A stretch of 64,000 nucleotides of DNA from Ignavibacteria bacterium RIFCSPLOWO2_12_FULL_56_21. GTDB lineage: Bacteria; Bacteroidota; Ignavibacteria; UBA10030. The stretch is taken from positions 10,941 to 74,940 of the forward strand of contig MHAK01000018.1 of NCBI GenBank assembly GCA_001802945.1. The letters run 5' to 3'. Both the position numbers and the translations under genes were made by a program. The notes beneath the pieces are model-generated. The model was not told the DNA's origin and ran no database searches. It saw only the letters and a list, made by a program, of their open reading frames with translations. Shown here piece by piece: positions 45,994 through 56,288 of this stretch (position 1 is the stretch's first letter; each line of letters begins with the position of its first letter).

Positions 45994-48362
45994 GGGGATT
46001 CCTTGCTGCGCGGCCCGCGATCCGACTTGCGGTCCTGCTCGCAGCCGGCATACTGCTGTCGGATGTGACATACATCCGGCCTTCGGTGGTATGCGCCTTT
46101 TTCATTGCGACCGGCAGTGTCGCCGTTGTCTGTTCGGCGTTCGACCGACTTGGCTCGGCCGCAATCATCTTCCTGCATATCTCCATGCTCCTCCTTGGTT
46201 CGGCCATGTACTCTGTCCGCAGCTCGACCGACAATCGCCTGCGTCTCGACCCCGTCTCTGAATCCGACCCCGTTGTTCTGACGGGTTCAGTGATAGCTCC
46301 GCCAACGCCCACACGATCAGGTTGGAGTCTCATCGTTCGCCCGGAACGGCTGATCGTTCGGGGATTGGAGATCAGGAATGATCGGGATGTTCTCGTGTAT
46401 GTCCGGTCGAAAAAAGGGTCCGCGGACGGATCACCCGCGAATTCGGGAGAGCACGTCGTTGTTCACGGACTCCTGGACAGGTTCCCACGGCCGAAAAACC
46501 CCGGCGAATTCGACTACGGACTCACCTTGTCAATGAATGGGATCGAGGTGGTCGTCCGGGCCGACAGCCTCGCGGCGAATGGGAGGGTCTTGGACGGGAG
46601 TTCAATGCGATTGCTGAATGCCCGCGTGCAAGAAGCATTGTATGATTGGCTGGATCGGCTGCATCCGCCAGAGCATGCGGCCTTTCTCAAGGGCCTCATG
46701 CTGGGGTATCGGGCTGAACTATCGGATGAATTGAAGGAAGCATTCCAGGTCACGGGAACAGTGCATATTCTCGCTGTTTCCGGTTCAAATGTCGCCCTCA
46801 TTGCGCTTGTGGCGCTGGCCTTTGCCGGTTCGCTTCGGGTCGGACGGCGCATAATGATACTAATAACGCTGATATCTCTGGCAGCCTACATGGTTGTTAC
46901 AGGATCGAGCCCTTCCGTTGTTCGCGCGACGATCATGGGGGCAATAGTGGTTGCTTCCGGTCTTTGTTCACGTAGAACCGACGCAGTGCAATCCCTTGCG
47001 GTGGCCGCGGTCATTCTCCTGCTTGTTGACCCGAGAAATGTGTTTGATGTCGGATTTCAACTTTCCTTCGTATCCGTGGCCTCGTTGATCATCGGAGTAC
47101 CGTATGCGGCGGAATGGACGCAACGATTTCCCGAGGAGATAAGAGAATCCAGGATTCTTTCCGGAATCGTGCAGCTCATGTCAGTTACCGTGGTTGCGCA
47201 GATCGGAACATTGCCGTTGACAGCGGCTTACTTTGGCCGGGTGTCGATCGCGGCGCTCCTTGTCAACATGATCGTGGTTCCCCTTTCCGGTCTCGTATTA
47301 CTGGTGGGCGTGGCAGAAACAGCCTTCATGACGGTGTGGGAGGGACTCGCTTCCGTGTATGCAACTGTGAACGATGCGCTCATGGCCGTGCTGCTTGGGC
47401 TTGTTCGCAGAGCTTCTGCGATACCGTACGCTGCCGTCGATATCGACATGCCCGGTCCGCTCACTGTGGTTCTTTGGTACAACGCGCTGGTCCTCCTGCT
47501 GGCCTGGCGGACTCCGCGACTGAGGGCGTGGACCGTTTGTACGATGTTCGTACTTCTTGACATTGTAGTGTGGCTGGGCGTTGTGTCGGCGTGGCGGCCG
47601 CGTGCGGAATGGACGACACTTGATGTAGGGCAAGGAGACGCCCACATTCTGCGGTCGATGCGCGGTTCGGTGATGATGGTCGATGCAGGTCCTTCACCCG
47701 AAGTGGCAGAACGCGCGATCATTCCGTGGTTGAAACGGGCGGGCATTGAGCGGATAGACCTCCTCGTTCTTTCCCATCCTCATGCCGACCATATTGGCGG
47801 AGCCGGCGTGTTGCTCGACCGGATTCCTGTGCGTACATTGGCCGTTGACGACACTGCGAAGTACCCGCTTTGGCTGAGATCAAGCGCTTGGAGGGCCGGT
47901 ACACGGATGATCAATGTCGCACGAGGAGATCGTTTGGATCCAGATGCTTCGATGCGTGCATATGTCGTGCATCCAGGGACCGAAAGCAGGAATGAATCCG
48001 CGAACAATCGGTCTGTCGTCGTAAAAGTGATGATCGGCGGAACGTCGGTGCTGTGTACGGGCGATGCGGAGGAAGAGGCGGAGACACTCATGGTGTTGCG
48101 TTATGGCACATTCCTGGCGGCCGACGTCCTCAAGGTGGCGCATCACGGGAGCGCTACAGGTACCACTGATTTGTTCCTGGACTGTGTCAATCCTGTGTCG
48201 GCGCTCGTTTCCGTCGGATGGCGCAACAAGTTTCACCATCCGTCGTCGGAACGCATGGCGGAGCTCCGGCAGCGGGATGTTCACGTTTTGACAACGTCGC
48301 TGGTCGGAGCTGCTCGGTTGTCGTCGGATGGAACCGTATGGTCGCCGGTGGCATGGCGATGA
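45972..48362 (+). CDS. comEC: DNA internalization competence protein ComEC/Rec2
   Basis: N-terminal DUF4131 TM region, central competence domain, C-terminal metallo-beta-lactamase domain (LDVGQGDAHIL...HPHADHIGG). True start likely a few codons downstream. Confidence 0.85.
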   Translation: MPEHTTLRGFLAARPAIRLAVLLAAGILLSDVTYIRPSVVCAFFIATGSVAVVCSAFDRLGSAAIIFLHISMLLLGSAMYSVRSSTDNRLRLDPVSESDPVVLTGSVIAPPTPTRSGWSLIVRPERLIVRGLEIRNDRDVLVYVRSKKGSADGSPANSGEHVVVHGLLDRFPRPKNPGEFDYGLTLSMNGIEVVVRADSLAANGRVLDGSSMRLLNARVQEALYDWLDRLHPPEHAAFLKGLMLGYRAELSDELKEAFQVTGTVHILAVSGSNVALIALVALAFAGSLRVGRRIMILITLISLAAYMVVTGSSPSVVRATIMGAIVVASGLCSRRTDAVQSLAVAAVILLLVDPRNVFDVGFQLSFVSVASLIIGVPYAAEWTQRFPEEIRESRILSGIVQLMSVTVVAQIGTLPLTAAYFGRVSIAALLVNMIVVPLSGLVLLVGVAETAFMTVWEGLASVYATVNDALMAVLLGLVRRASAIPYAAVDIDMPGPLTVVLWYNALVLLLAWRTPRLRAWTVCTMFVLLDIVVWLGVVSAWRPRAEWTTLDVGQGDAHILRSMRGSVMMVDAGPSPEVAERAIIPWLKRAGIERIDLLVLSHPHADHIGGAGVLLDRIPVRTLAVDDTAKYPLWLRSSAWRAGTRMINVARGDRLDPDASMRAYVVHPGTESRNESANNRSVVVKVMIGGTSVLCTGDAEEEAETLMVLRYGTFLAADVLKVAHHGSATGTTDLFLDCVNPVSALVSVGWRNKFHHPSSERMAELRQRDVHVLTTSLVGAARLSSDGTVWSPVAWR

Positions 48363-48398
48363 CTTTCTCATCTTCCACATTGCAACTGAACAGGATCG

Positions 48399-50045
48399 AT
48401 GAACAACACACTGCAGGATGAGTTGCGCCGCTGGGACCTCAACATTCGGAAGCCTTCGATGAACAAAGGACCAGAACGGCGGACAGACTTTCGGACTGAC
48501 TCGGGATGTCTTATAGGGCCAGTATACATTCCCGGAAACCTGGACTATCCCAAAAAGCTCGGATTCCCGGGAGAGTTTCCGTTCACCCGCGGCGTCTATC
48601 CCACAATGTACCGCAGTCGATTTTGGACGATGCGACAGTATGCGGGATTCGGGACGGCGGAAGAGTCGAACGCGCGATACCGGTATTTGATCGCGAACGG
48701 TACGACGGGTCTGTCTGTCGCGTTTGACTTGCCGACTCAGATAGGGTACGATTCGGACCATCCGATGGCGGAAGGGGAAGTGGGAAAGGTCGGCGTGGCG
48801 ATCGACACGCTCGATGACATGCTTCGGCTCTTTGACGATATCGAAGTGCAGAAAGTCACGACCTCGATGACCATCAACGCAACTGCTGCCATTGTGCTTG
48901 CGCTCTACGTCGCCGTCGCCAAACGACAGGGGGCGGACCTTTCCAGGATCTCGGGGACCGTCCAGAACGACATCTTGAAGGAATATGCCGCGCGCGGGAC
49001 GTACATCTTCCCTCCGGTCCCCTCCATGCGGCTCGTTACCGACGTCTTTGGGTGGTGTAAGGACAACCTTCCCAGATGGAACACGATCTCGATCAGCGGT
49101 TACCATATCCGTGAAGCTGGGGCGACTGCGGTCCAGGAATTGGCGTTTACTCTGGCAAACGGAATCGCGTATGTACAGGCAGCGATCGACCGGGGCCTCG
49201 CTGTGGATGAGTTTGCGGCGAACATTTCTTTCTTTTTCAACGCGCACAACAATTTCTTCGAGGAAGTCGCGAAATTCCGCGCGGCTCGCCGGTTGTGGAG
49301 CCAAATCATGAAGGAGCGCTTCGGAGCCCGTAACCCGGACAGTCTGAAGCTTCGGTTCCACGCACAAACAGGCGGAGCCACTCTGACGGCGCAGCAGATC
49401 GATACCAACGTCGTTCGTGTGACAGTGCAGGCGCTTGCCGCCGTGTTGGGCGGTTGTCAGTCCCTTCACACCAATTCCCGGGATGAAGCGCTTGCGTTGC
49501 CGACAGAGGAATCGGCGCAACTTGCCTTGCGGACGCAACAGGTGCTCGCATTCGAGTCCGGCGTGACGGAGACAGCCGACCCTCTCGGCGGGTCGTACTA
49601 CGTAGAATCTCTCACTGACGACATCGAACAGCGTGTGAACGAGTATCTCGCGAAGATCGATGAACTAGGCGGTGCAATACGGGCAATCGAGACGGGGTTT
49701 GTCCAGGGGCAAATTGCAGACAGCGCATATACCTATCAGAAAGAAATCGAAGCCGGCGACAAAGTGATCGTCGGCGTCAATCGATTCCAATCAGACGAAA
49801 CAGTACAGTCGAATCTTCTATCGATCGATGAGGCAATCCGGCACAAGCAGGTGGAGCGGCTTGCGTCCATTCGGCGAAGGCGGGATGCTGGTGCATGGTC
49901 GGCGGGTTTGCGGGCTGTCCGTTCAGCCGCAACCGAGGGCCGGAACATCATGCCTGCGCTCATAGAGGCGGTCGAATCTCAGGCGTCCGTGGGCGAAATT
50001 GCGGACGTTTTGCGGTCAGTTTGGGGAGAGTACGGTGGGTCGTAG
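48399..50045 (+). CDS. Methylmalonyl-CoA mutase family catalytic (large, TIM-barrel) subunit without fused B12-binding domain
   Basis: 548 aa. MCM N-terminal substrate-binding barrel motifs ([36 protein letters not shown]...[17 protein letters not shown]); the protein ends where the B12-binding domain would begin. Confidence 0.8.
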   Translation: MNNTLQDELRRWDLNIRKPSMNKGPERRTDFRTDSGCLIGPVYIPGNLDYPKKLGFPGEFPFTRGVYPTMYRSRFWTMRQYAGFGTAEESNARYRYLIANGTTGLSVAFDLPTQIGYDSDHPMAEGEVGKVGVAIDTLDDMLRLFDDIEVQKVTTSMTINATAAIVLALYVAVAKRQGADLSRISGTVQNDILKEYAARGTYIFPPVPSMRLVTDVFGWCKDNLPRWNTISISGYHIREAGATAVQELAFTLANGIAYVQAAIDRGLAVDEFAANISFFFNAHNNFFEEVAKFRAARRLWSQIMKERFGARNPDSLKLRFHAQTGGATLTAQQIDTNVVRVTVQALAAVLGGCQSLHTNSRDEALALPTEESAQLALRTQQVLAFESGVTETADPLGGSYYVESLTDDIEQRVNEYLAKIDELGGAIRAIETGFVQGQIADSAYTYQKEIEAGDKVIVGVNRFQSDETVQSNLLSIDEAIRHKQVERLASIRRRRDAGAWSAGLRAVRSAATEGRNIMPALIEAVESQASVGEIADVLRSVWGEYGGS

Positions 50046-50100
50046 TCAAGACGTCGCCGCGAGATTCGCTTGAAACCGCGGTTGCAATTCACGCGGCGAA

Positions 50101-52050
50101 GTGGCAAGTTACCATGGTCCAATCAAAGTGTCGAGGTGTAATCGCAACTTTGTGAACAATTGGGGGGAGGCCCCCGAAGTGAAAAGTGTTCTTGCAGTCC
50201 GCGCACACCGCACGGAGAGAGTCTTTCGTGCGTCCATGGCGATGTTCGCGGTGATGATTCCGTTCGCCGTACAGGCGCAGGTTGCCCGCATGGCGATTGA
50301 AGGGAGCGTACAGCTTGACGGAGCGGCCGTTCCGCCGGGGACGGTCATTCGTATTCTTCGTCAAAATGGTTCGGTTGCTCGCACGGTCTCCCCTTATTCG
50401 ACGAACCCGTCGCAATTTGGTGTGCGGCTTTCGACAACCGACGGATTTCGTGAGGGCGAACCATTAGGGTTTCGCGTGGTCGTCTCTCGGCGGGATTCTT
50501 TCGAATCCAGGATCGCGGGACCCGCCCCCGTCTTCCGCGGCGCTTCCACCCCTGAACTCTCGGTGTACCGTTTCTTGTTGTTCCGCAATCATCTGCCTTC
50601 CATCCGGCGCCAGTTTCCGGACACGCTCATCAATGAGTATCAGCTGTTCAGATTACGTGTGTCGGCGATCGATGTCGATTCTGACACGCTGCGTTACCGC
50701 CTCATTGCTGCTCCGCCCGGTGCATTCGTAGAAAGCCTGACGGGATATGTGACGTGGGTCCCGACGTATGAACAGTCGGGATCGCACCAATTCATCGTCG
50801 GTGTCAGTGATGGATTGGAGGAATCGCAGTCTCGTCGCGCGACAATCCGTGTGCGTCATGTCAACCGCGCACCACGGATCACAGGACCTCTGCAATCTGT
50901 GACGGGCGCAGAAGGGGAATCGATCGTCATCATCGTGGAGGCTCTCGACGACGACAAAGATTCCCTTCAGTATTCTCTGATCGAAAAAGGGTATAAGACG
51001 CGACTGTTCAGCAGGAATGGGGTCTTTGAATGGAAACCGGACTATGAAGCTGCAGGTCTGTATCACTTTGTGACAATTGTGAGCGACGGCGAATTCACCG
51101 ACACGTCCAACGTCTTCACCGTTTCGGTGGCCAACACGAATCGATTGCCCCATTTCGACCGGTCGTTGGTCGACACCATTGCCATCGAGGGAGAACGGAT
51201 TTCCGTCGGCATGACTGCCGCGGACCCCGACGGTGACACTGTGCAATATGGGCTTGAACTTGCCCCGGAGGGTGTCTCCGTCGATTCGGTCGGTCAGTTG
51301 GTATGGACACCGACGTTTGATCAGGCAGGATCCTACGTCGTCGTGGTGAGCGCTTCCGACCAACAGTCATCGAGCGAAAGTGTCGTGAGGATAAATGTTC
51401 TCAACCGGAACCGGCGCCCGGTCTTTGTGCATACGGGAGGGAAGGGTGGACGAGAGACTCTGCGCATTCCGGACGGACGGCTGATAGAATTGACGTGGCC
51501 AACGGCGATCGACCCCGACCTGGACGACACGCTCCGATACGCGATACGACTGACAGGCGTTGGCGTCGACACAAGCATATTCGGCATTATGGATACGAGC
51601 CTAAGCCTTCTTGGCCGTAATCGACTGCAGACCGACGTTGTCTATACCTGGTCGGTAATTGCGACGGACGGTGCGGTGGAAGTAGCATGTCCGGACACGT
51701 TTGCTTTTCGCCTTGCAGCACAGCCGGCCACTGCAGTTCGCGATCCATTGCCGATAGTCCCTCGTTCATTCTCTCTTGAACACTCCTCGCCGAATCCGCA
51801 GAGTTCGATCACGTCGATCCGTTTTAACCTCGCGGAACGGAGCGACGTCAATTTGGCAATCTATAACATGCTGGGAGAACGAATACAGACGATAATAAGC
51901 GGCGAACGCGATGCCGGTCAGTATGAGACGACGTTCGACGCCAGTTCGCTCAGCAGCGGCGTCTATATGTTCAAGCTGGAAGCGCATCCGCTCCAGGGGG
52001 GCCGGCTCAGGGATTTTGTCAGTACAAAGAAAATGGTCCTCGTAAAATGA
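50101..52050 (+). CDS. Secreted cadherin/Ig-like repeat protein with T9SS C-terminal sorting domain
   Basis: Signal peptide (MAMFAVMIPFAVQAQ, probable true start about 50236), repeated beta-sandwich modules, and a C-terminal 80-aa Por_Secre_tail-like domain (…NLAIYNMLGERIQT…SGVYMFKLEA…KKMVLVK). Confidence 0.55.
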   Translation: MASYHGPIKVSRCNRNFVNNWGEAPEVKSVLAVRAHRTERVFRASMAMFAVMIPFAVQAQVARMAIEGSVQLDGAAVPPGTVIRILRQNGSVARTVSPYSTNPSQFGVRLSTTDGFREGEPLGFRVVVSRRDSFESRIAGPAPVFRGASTPELSVYRFLLFRNHLPSIRRQFPDTLINEYQLFRLRVSAIDVDSDTLRYRLIAAPPGAFVESLTGYVTWVPTYEQSGSHQFIVGVSDGLEESQSRRATIRVRHVNRAPRITGPLQSVTGAEGESIVIIVEALDDDKDSLQYSLIEKGYKTRLFSRNGVFEWKPDYEAAGLYHFVTIVSDGEFTDTSNVFTVSVANTNRLPHFDRSLVDTIAIEGERISVGMTAADPDGDTVQYGLELAPEGVSVDSVGQLVWTPTFDQAGSYVVVVSASDQQSSSESVVRINVLNRNRRPVFVHTGGKGGRETLRIPDGRLIELTWPTAIDPDLDDTLRYAIRLTGVGVDTSIFGIMDTSLSLLGRNRLQTDVVYTWSVIATDGAVEVACPDTFAFRLAAQPATAVRDPLPIVPRSFSLEHSSPNPQSSITSIRFNLAERSDVNLAIYNMLGERIQTIISGERDAGQYETTFDASSLSSGVYMFKLEAHPLQGGRLRDFVSTKKMVLVK

Positions 52051-52862
52051 GATCTTCAGCGGACCGCACCCCTTCCTATCCGGTGTTGACACAAGCCGAG
52101 GCGAAGAAGGTCCGGTCGTACACAACGAAGAAGGGGCGCGAAGAGAGTTCTCGCTTCCTTGTTGAGGGGTGGAAGAATGTCGGAGAGGCGCTTGATGCTG
52201 GCTGGTCGCCGGAACTTGTCATCGTGGAAACGGAGCGGGAGCGTCCCCCGTCAGCTCCGCCTGTGTTGGAGCGCTTGCAGAGTGATAGGATCAAGGTCCG
52301 TTCGGCCTCGCACCGGACTATGTCTTCATTGGCCATGGTTGACACCAGTCAGGGGATCATCGCCTGCCTGCGTCAGCGAACGTGGTCGGTGCAGGATATT
52401 ATCGGAGCCGGAGGAAAGGTCATCCTCGTGTTGGACGGAGTTAGCGACCCCGGTAACGTGGGCACACTCATCCGGACAGCTGCCTGGTTCGGCACGACGG
52501 GTGTCATACTTGGTCCCGGTTGCGCGTCCCCCTTCAACGAAAAATCGGTCCGGTCCACCTCGGGAGCGTTGTTTCGCGTCCGATTATGTTTAGCGGCCGA
52601 CCTCCGGAAAGAGCTCGAACAGCTTCGGATTGCGGGCTTTGAAGTGGTGGGGACTGATGCCCGCGGGACGGGTGTGGCGAAACTCCCTGCGGCGAAGCCT
52701 ATCGCGATCGTTCTCGGAAGTGAGGCGCATGGTATGTCGCAAGTTTCGCGTGAATTCATTTCCACAACGATAAGCATTCCTGGAAATGGCAAGGTCGAGT
52801 CGCTCAATGTTGCGGCTGCAGGCGCCGTCATGCTCTATATGATCTCTCTTCGGGCGCAGTAA
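52047..52862 (+). CDS. TrmH/SpoU-family RNA 2'-O-methyltransferase (RlmB-like)
   Basis: SPOUT motifs LDGVSDPGNVGTLIRTAAWFG and IVLGSEAHGMS...SLNVAAAGAV. Confidence 0.75.
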   Translation: MRSSADRTPSYPVLTQAEAKKVRSYTTKKGREESSRFLVEGWKNVGEALDAGWSPELVIVETERERPPSAPPVLERLQSDRIKVRSASHRTMSSLAMVDTSQGIIACLRQRTWSVQDIIGAGGKVILVLDGVSDPGNVGTLIRTAAWFGTTGVILGPGCASPFNEKSVRSTSGALFRVRLCLAADLRKELEQLRIAGFEVVGTDARGTGVAKLPAAKPIAIVLGSEAHGMSQVSREFISTTISIPGNGKVESLNVAAAGAVMLYMISLRAQ

Positions 52863-52941
52863 AAGTCCCGAAAAACTGCCCGCACAACATTCGTTCTTCA
52901 GCGGTACTCCGACCGGATCTCTGCAAGCGAAGGCGCCTTTT

Positions 52942-53733
52942 TTGAACACAGTGAAAAATCGACTATCTTCATCCTTTCGACCACCGGGAAAACGTCGGCC
53001 ATTGCGTCCACGCGTCTCGCTCCAGCGCGCGCTTTCTAAGTTGGGGCTGTGTTCACGTGCCGAAGCCGAAGAGGTGATCAAGGGCGGCAGGGTCACGGTC
53101 AATGGGAACAAAGTAATCGACCCGGCGTACCGGGTGGACCTCGGCCTTCAGCGCATTCATGCGGAAGGTTTGGCGCATCGGGTCAGCGCATCGCAGACGA
53201 TTGCGTTTCACAAACCCCCGGGGATCGTTACAACCAGAAAGGATGAGAGAGGACGGCACACAGTCTTCGATGTCCTTGGCTCCATTGCCAATGGGCTGAA
53301 AGCTGTCGGTCGATTGGACATTGAGTCTTCGGGTTTGTTGTTGTTGACGACCGATCACCGACTGCTCGACAACTTAACGCGGCCCGACGCACTTGTTGAA
53401 AAAGAATACGAAGTGGTAGTTGAGGGAAACCTCGATCATGCAACGCTGGAACAATTGCGGCATGGTGTTTCGATCTCTGCAGGAGGACGCCGATATACGA
53501 CTCGGCCCGCGAGAGTCGATATCGTCCGACCATCAACGCTTCGTATGATCCTGACGGAAGGAAAGAACCGCCAAATACGGAAGATGGCCCAGGCGGTTGG
53601 ATTGACTGTGCGCCGCCTTCATCGGGTTCGCGTCGGCAATGTGTCGCTGGGAAGTCTGCCGGAAGGATCCTGGCGTCCAGTGGCTGCGGCGGAAATACCG
53701 GGAATGACCTCTCGAAAGCCTTCGTTGCGCTGA
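52942..53733 (+). CDS. RsuA/RluB-family pseudouridine synthase (S4 domain + catalytic domain)
   Basis: S4-like LSKLGLCSRAEAEEVIKGGRVTVNG; catalytic HKPPGIVTT...GRLDIESSGLLLLTTD with conserved Asp. Confidence 0.8.
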   Translation: MNTVKNRLSSSFRPPGKRRPLRPRVSLQRALSKLGLCSRAEAEEVIKGGRVTVNGNKVIDPAYRVDLGLQRIHAEGLAHRVSASQTIAFHKPPGIVTTRKDERGRHTVFDVLGSIANGLKAVGRLDIESSGLLLLTTDHRLLDNLTRPDALVEKEYEVVVEGNLDHATLEQLRHGVSISAGGRRYTTRPARVDIVRPSTLRMILTEGKNRQIRKMAQAVGLTVRRLHRVRVGNVSLGSLPEGSWRPVAAAEIPGMTSRKPSLR

Positions 53734-54197
53734 TGCCGACGATTTCAGCGGATATCATCGAAGTAGTTGTGTTTCGGAAGGGAACGGGGGGCACGGAATA
53801 TCTTGTACTCCAACGCGCGGAGCATGAACGATTGTATCCCGGTATCTGGCAGATCGTCAGCGGAAAGATCAAAGGGAACGAAACGGCTGCGCAGGCAGCA
53901 CTGCGGGAGGTTCGCGAAGAAACTGGCCTGCACCTCAGGGGATTTTGGTCCCTTCCCGTGGTAAATGCATTCCACAGCGTTGAATCGGATGTTGTGCATG
54001 TGACGCCGATGTTTGCGGCGGAAGTGAAATTGCCGGATGTGCCGACGTTGTCGAAGGAACATCAGTCATGGAAGTGGATCAGCCAGACTGATGCCAAATC
54101 CGTCCTCCTTTGGCCGGGAACGCACCATGCGCTCGAAGTGTGCGAGGCATACATCCTTGGCCGTCCGGACGTAGGTCGATTGCTGCGAATAGAGTGA
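53733..54197 (+). CDS. NUDIX hydrolase
   Basis: Nudix box GKIKGNETAAQAALREVREETGL. Confidence 0.7.
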   Translation: MPTISADIIEVVVFRKGTGGTEYLVLQRAEHERLYPGIWQIVSGKIKGNETAAQAALREVREETGLHLRGFWSLPVVNAFHSVESDVVHVTPMFAAEVKLPDVPTLSKEHQSWKWISQTDAKSVLLWPGTHHALEVCEAYILGRPDVGRLLRIE

Positions 54198-54269
54198 AGG
54201 ATTCAGCAAGTTAGCATCTGCTGCCGCTGTAATCACAACGAAGACCTCCTTTCTCGAGGTCTTTGTACT

Positions 54270-55214
54270 GTGTACGTGTTTACGCATCAAGGAGTGAATG
54301 TGAGCCTGCTCGTGGTTGGTTCGGTCGCGCTCGATACCGTGGAAACTCCTTTTGGCCGCGTCAAAGATGCTCTGGGAGGATCTGCCGTATATATATCGAC
54401 AGCGGCAAGTTTTTTTACGACACCCATTCGGCTCGTGGGAGTTGTCGGCGGCGACTTCCCAAAGGAATATTTCAGCTTCCTGGAATCCCGTCAGATCGAC
54501 CTGGATGGTCTTCGTGTCATCCAAGACGGCCGGACATTCCGATGGTCCGGACGGTATCACTATGATCTGAACAACCGGGATACTTTGCTCACAGAGTTGA
54601 ACGTGTTCAGCTCCTTCGAGCCCCAAATCCCGGACGGGTACAAGCGCAGTCTGTACGTGTGTTTGGGCAACATTCATCCAAACCTGCAACGACGTGTTCT
54701 GGCCCAGATCAGCAAGCCGCGGCTTGTCGTTGGCGACACGATGAACTATTGGATCGAGACCACGCCGCAAGAACTTCGTCAAACCCTCGAATTGCTCGAT
54801 GTTCTCATTTTGAACGATTCTGAAGTGCGCCTACTCGCAAAGGAACCTAATCTGGTCCGGGCGGCGAAGGTGATTCGATCGATGGGTCCACGAGTCATCA
54901 TTATTAAGAAGGGGGAACACGGCGCGCTCCTCGTCACGGAAGACACGATCTTTTCTGCTCCCGCTTACCCGCTCGAGAACATCTATGACCCGACGGGAGC
55001 CGGCGATTCTTTCGCCGGAGGATTCATCGGATGGCTTGCCAAAACGGATGACGTGTCCGACGGAAACCTCAAACGTGCGGTCATCTATGGTAGCGCTCTC
55101 GCCTCCTTTTGTGTGGAACGATTCAGCGTAGACGGCCTTCGTGAGCTCTCCTACCTCAAGATCCAGGACAGATACCGGTCGTTCATGGAACTTTCCCGAT
55201 TCGATGAAAGGTAG
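54270..55214 (+). CDS. PfkB-family carbohydrate/nucleoside kinase
   Basis: Ribokinase-like fold with C-terminal DPTGAGDSFAGGF signature. Confidence 0.75.
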   Translation: MYVFTHQGVNVSLLVVGSVALDTVETPFGRVKDALGGSAVYISTAASFFTTPIRLVGVVGGDFPKEYFSFLESRQIDLDGLRVIQDGRTFRWSGRYHYDLNNRDTLLTELNVFSSFEPQIPDGYKRSLYVCLGNIHPNLQRRVLAQISKPRLVVGDTMNYWIETTPQELRQTLELLDVLILNDSEVRLLAKEPNLVRAAKVIRSMGPRVIIIKKGEHGALLVTEDTIFSAPAYPLENIYDPTGAGDSFAGGFIGWLAKTDDVSDGNLKRAVIYGSALASFCVERFSVDGLRELSYLKIQDRYRSFMELSRFDER

Positions 55215-55220
55215 CAGATT

Positions 55221-56288
55221 GTGCGGGCGGTAGTGTGGGAAGACGGGTCCGTGCGTTTCCTCGACCAAACTCAGCTTCCAGAACGGGAGGTGTGGATCAC
55301 GACCGACGATCCCTCCGTTCTCGTCGGAGCTATGCAGTGTCTGGCCATTCGGGGCGCCCCGTTGATCGGCATCGCTGCCGCATACGGCGCCGTCTTGGCA
55401 GTCCACCGACTCCGCGATCCTCTGACCGATGCGACGATTGCATCGCTCCGCAGATCCCTTGACGCTATCGCCGAATGCCGGCCGACTGCGGTAAACCTTC
55501 ACGCCGCCATCGAGCGAATGCGCATGGTTTTGGCTTACCAGACATTCGGATCACGGGGTGAGCTTGCAGATGCTTTCCTCGCTGAGGCGCGGGCGATAAC
55601 GCACGAAGACGAAGCGGCGTGTGAAGCGATCGCACGTCACGGGAGTCCCCTCGTTCTGCCCGGTTCCACTCTCCTGACCCACTGCAATACCGGTTCGCTC
55701 GCGACCGGGGGGCGGGGAACAGCACTGGGGGTCATTACGCGTGCCTGGGAACAGGGGACCGTCCGACACGTGTATGTCTGCGAAACACGTCCGCTCTTCC
55801 AAGGCTCCCGGCTGACAGCGTGGGAACTTGACCGTGCCGGTGTGCCGGCAACGATCATCACGGATTCAACAACCGCTGTTCTTTTCCAACAGAAGAAGAT
55901 CAATGCGGTCTTCGTGGGGGCCGACCGGATCGCGAGGAATGGAGACGTTGCAAACAAGATCGGCACGCTGGGGTTGGCGCTCCTTGCTAGAATGCATGGA
56001 ATACCGTTCTTTGTAGCCGCACCTATGTCATCGGTAGATGTCGGAACGCAGCGTGGCGAGGACATACCCATTGAGGAACGTTCTGGGGATGAAATCATGG
56101 TCATCAACGGTAAGCGCATTGCCCCAAGCGGATCACATGCGTATGCGCCGGCGTTCGACGTGACGCCTGCAGATTACGTTACGGCGATCATCACGGAACT
56201 TGGCGTGTGTCGCCCGCCACTGGCTCCGGCCCTATCGTCCATGCAGAAAAAAGTCCTGCAAAAGGCGGGAACGGGAACCATGGCATGA
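55221..56288 (+). CDS. mtnA: S-methyl-5-thioribose-1-phosphate isomerase (eIF-2B-like)
   Basis: GTG start. MtnA/eIF2B family motifs (WEDGSVRFLDQTQLP, RGAPLIGIAAAYG, THCNTGSLAT, GADRIARNGD). Confidence 0.8.
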   Translation: MRAVVWEDGSVRFLDQTQLPEREVWITTDDPSVLVGAMQCLAIRGAPLIGIAAAYGAVLAVHRLRDPLTDATIASLRRSLDAIAECRPTAVNLHAAIERMRMVLAYQTFGSRGELADAFLAEARAITHEDEAACEAIARHGSPLVLPGSTLLTHCNTGSLATGGRGTALGVITRAWEQGTVRHVYVCETRPLFQGSRLTAWELDRAGVPATIITDSTTAVLFQQKKINAVFVGADRIARNGDVANKIGTLGLALLARMHGIPFFVAAPMSSVDVGTQRGEDIPIEERSGDEIMVINGKRIAPSGSHAYAPAFDVTPADYVTAIITELGVCRPPLAPALSSMQKKVLQKAGTGTMA

